From: Lepidodermella squamata
Taxonomy: Eukaryota; Animalia; Gastrotricha
Direction: 5' to 3'
Assembly: GCA_047495785.1 (NCBI GenBank)
Contig: JBLDXI010000073.1
Location: 310,001-374,000 of the forward strand
Length of the DNA: 64,000 bases
Under the pieces are notes generated by a model that saw only the letters and a program-made list of their open reading frames with translations, was not told the origin of the DNA and did no database searches. Shown in pieces: positions 61,454 to 64,000 of the stretch (positions within the stretch are counted from its first letter, which is position 1; every line of letters starts with the position of its first letter). Position numbers and translations under genes: made by a program.

Positions 61454-61700
61454 TTTTTTAACACTCCCTACTGATGCTTTTTGCCGACGGACCGACATAA
61501 CGGAAAACGACCCACGGTAAAGGGAGTTCGCAGTCACACGACAACTCATTTTTTACTGCTACACACACATCCTCCTTGAACACAGGACTCATTTTTTACG
61601 CCTCGTCGTCGCCTGAACGCAGTCTGAACGGACGGACGGACGGACGGACGGACGGAACGAACGAAGACGCCCCACGACAACGGGGAGTTCCCCGTCATTA
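61454..61700 (+). mobile_element. Helentron-associated (HINE/DINE-1-like) element
   Basis: TTTTTT-AACACTCCC start, internal inverted AAGGGAGT, (GGAC)n microsatellite at ~61628-61655, terminal hairpin ACGGGGAGTTCCCCGT then TT. Confidence 0.6.
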
Positions 61701-62124
61701 AGGCGAACTGCATTTCGAGACATTTCCAATCATAGGTTGAAAGGTTTGAACTACTCTAACCTTTTCCGCAGATGTAATTCTGCAATCGGGAAAGCTTTTC
61801 CTATGGAGGAAGTAGGATCCTCATTGAGCTGTGGGTTTCGGCCGCGAATCTCCAAACCTAGAGATTTTCTTCGAATTTTGGGCTACTCGCGCTTGGGGTA
61901 AAGGTAAGTGAACCGTCTACCGTCTTGTACTGATGTACTTCGCACACTGATCGGTATCAGTTTTTCATTTGCATCCATTGAACTGTTGAGCTCTTCATCT
62001 TTTTCTTGCATTTACATAACCATCAACCCTTTCTGGTCTAGACCGACGTGTGATTAGAATAAATATCCTGCGCATTCCTCGATGATTCTTTGCCCAAGAA
62101 AGATCTCAAGAGAAGCCCAAAGAA

Positions 62125-64000
62125 ATGTCCTCACGGCTACTTCTCGTACTATTGCTTCCGCTAATTGGATTCACCTATGGTAATTTTACAGTGATTTTAC
62201 GTGAATGAAAGATTGAAGATCTAATAATTTATTCAGGTAGCCAATTTCTACAAGTATGCAGGGATGACGATAGGGACAAATTCGAACCACTACTTGAAGT
62301 CGAAGGCAATGCTAAATCAGTTGACAACGATGGCAAAACGTGCCTGATGATCGCTGCTGAACATGGCCACTGCAAACTCGTCAGGAAAATCATGAAAATG
62401 CGAGACGCAAATGAAAACGCTCAAAGCAACAACGGCTACACAGCGTTGATGTATGCAATCGCGGCCGAAAAGCCAGATTGCGCTGAAGAAATGCTGAAAG
62501 AAATGAGAGGCATTTTGGATGTTAACATAAAATCGAAGGACAAAACTACGGCTCTTCACCTGGCTGTTAGAAAGAATTACATCGAAATTGTTGGAAAATT
62601 AGTGGATAAAGGAGCGAAACTTGACGAAATCGATGACAGAGGGATGACTCCTTTAATGGTCGCAGTTGAGTCTGGTTCGACAAAATCTGTGAACTTCCTA
62701 ATCGAGAAAAAATCGAATGTGAATGCCGCGACTTTGAAGGAATTCAACCGAACTGCCCTTCATTTCGCAGCAGCAAAAGGCGATCTGGTCCTTATTCGGA
62801 AATTAATCTCATCAGGAGCTCAGTTAGACACAGGCGCTAATGAAACCCCTCTTATTCGAGCGATTGAGGAGAATCATTCCGATGCTGCGTTGTTCCTCCT
62901 TAATCAAAAGGCGAATCCTGATGCGAAGAGTAACAAACCCCTATTCTACGCACTTCATTGGGCAGTTTCGAAGAATAATTCGAAAATCGTCGAGGCTTTA
63001 CTAAGGTTCAAAGCTAAGGAAGATGTTAGGGATGAAGCGAATCGAACTCCGCAGATGTTGGCCGCTGAACTCAAATCTTGCGATTCTGTTCGGAGATTCG
63101 CATCGCTACGGCCGAATTCTCTAAATTTGAAGGGAAATCTGAAAAACAACGAAACTGCCTTGATAATCGCAGCTGGGAATGGTAGAATCGACTGTGTCAA
63201 AGCTCTTCGAAGGTCTGATTTGAATATGGCTAGAGATTCAGACAACAATACGGCTCTGCACCTTGCTGCTTCGCGCAATCATTCCGAAGTTGTGAAGTTT
63301 CTTCTCAAGCTCAACGCCGATCCAACGATGTTGAATAAGGCAAAACAAACACCGCTTTTCGAGGCCTTGAACACTTGCAGTAAGGAAACTGCGAATCTTT
63401 TGTTGATGGAGAATAACAGCTCTAGTAACAGTTCAGATCCTCAACTGAAGGCGAACTCTCCAGCTTCAGGTCTTGCTCTTCTCCACCTGGCTGCTAGATG
63501 TAATTTCGGCAAAATAACCTTAAAATTGATCGGAAACGGAGCTGCTATGGATCTGAAGTCTGCGAATGAAGATATGTCGCCTCTAGTCTATGCTACTTCT
63601 CACAAATCATGGAAAGCTGCTAGATTGTTGATCGAATCCGGCGCTGATGTGAATTCTCTTACTTCAAAATTCAACAAAAAATCTGCGCTGAATTTCGCGG
63701 CTGCGGAGAATAATTTCGAGGTCGTGAAGGCTTTGTTAGATGCGGGGGCTGAAATCGAATCTGGAGGAATCGAGACTCCCTTACTCTCTGCTTGTCGAGG
63801 CAATGCGACAGGTTCGGCGTTGTTGTTGCTGGAATCTGGAGCTCAGGCGAATGCGAAGCTAAGCGATGCTACGGCTGAAACGTGTTTGCATATGGCTGCG
63901 AAGGCAAACGACATAGAGCTGGTTGATAGATTGGTTAGACTTGGAGCAGATTTGAATGTGCGGAATGCTGGGAAGAAAACTGCGCTGAGTCTTACGGCTA
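62125..64000 (+). CDS. predicted secreted ankyrin-repeat protein (family 2), 3'-partial; exons 62125-62179, 62237->64000
   Basis: MSSRLLLVLLLPLIGFTYG signal, 57-bp phase-1 GT-AG intron, frame open to the window end (absent from the ORF track); Cys pattern shared with 47431-45531. Confidence 0.88.

Overview
Gene-dense, AT-rich invertebrate (animal) nuclear DNA with short introns (mostly ~50-65 bp) and many MITEs; it is not prokaryotic and the species cannot be assigned from sequence alone. The window is a duplication-rich cluster in which variable ankyrin-repeat (ANK) arrays are attached to different N-terminal modules. (1) An intact 6-exon gene encodes a signal peptide, a trypsin-family S1 protease, two CCP/sushi domains and a Cys-capped ANK array (33491-30439). 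It has a pseudogenised paralogue (41447-38425), a protease-less deletion derivative (20042-22702) and an orphan intact ANK exon (36435-35260). (2) A second family encodes signal peptide + ANK proteins with conserved Cys pairs (47431-45531 and 62125->64000). (3) Three tandem NEK-like kinase-ANK units lie at 60126-50020. (4) An RBR-type RING1-ANK gene lies at 26904-25086. Interspersed are a gustatory-receptor-like gene, a divergent Cys-loop channel with two relics, an intronless GABA-B-like class C GPCR, an orphan class A-like GPCR, two Ly6/three-finger TM genes each followed by a SAM-synthetase pseudogene, an L2/CR1-type LINE and several MITEs. The strongest candidate for an undescribed system is the set of apparently secreted, disulfide-stabilised, DARPin-like ANK proteins, one of them fused to a serine protease. 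All gene models are manual and lack transcript support.
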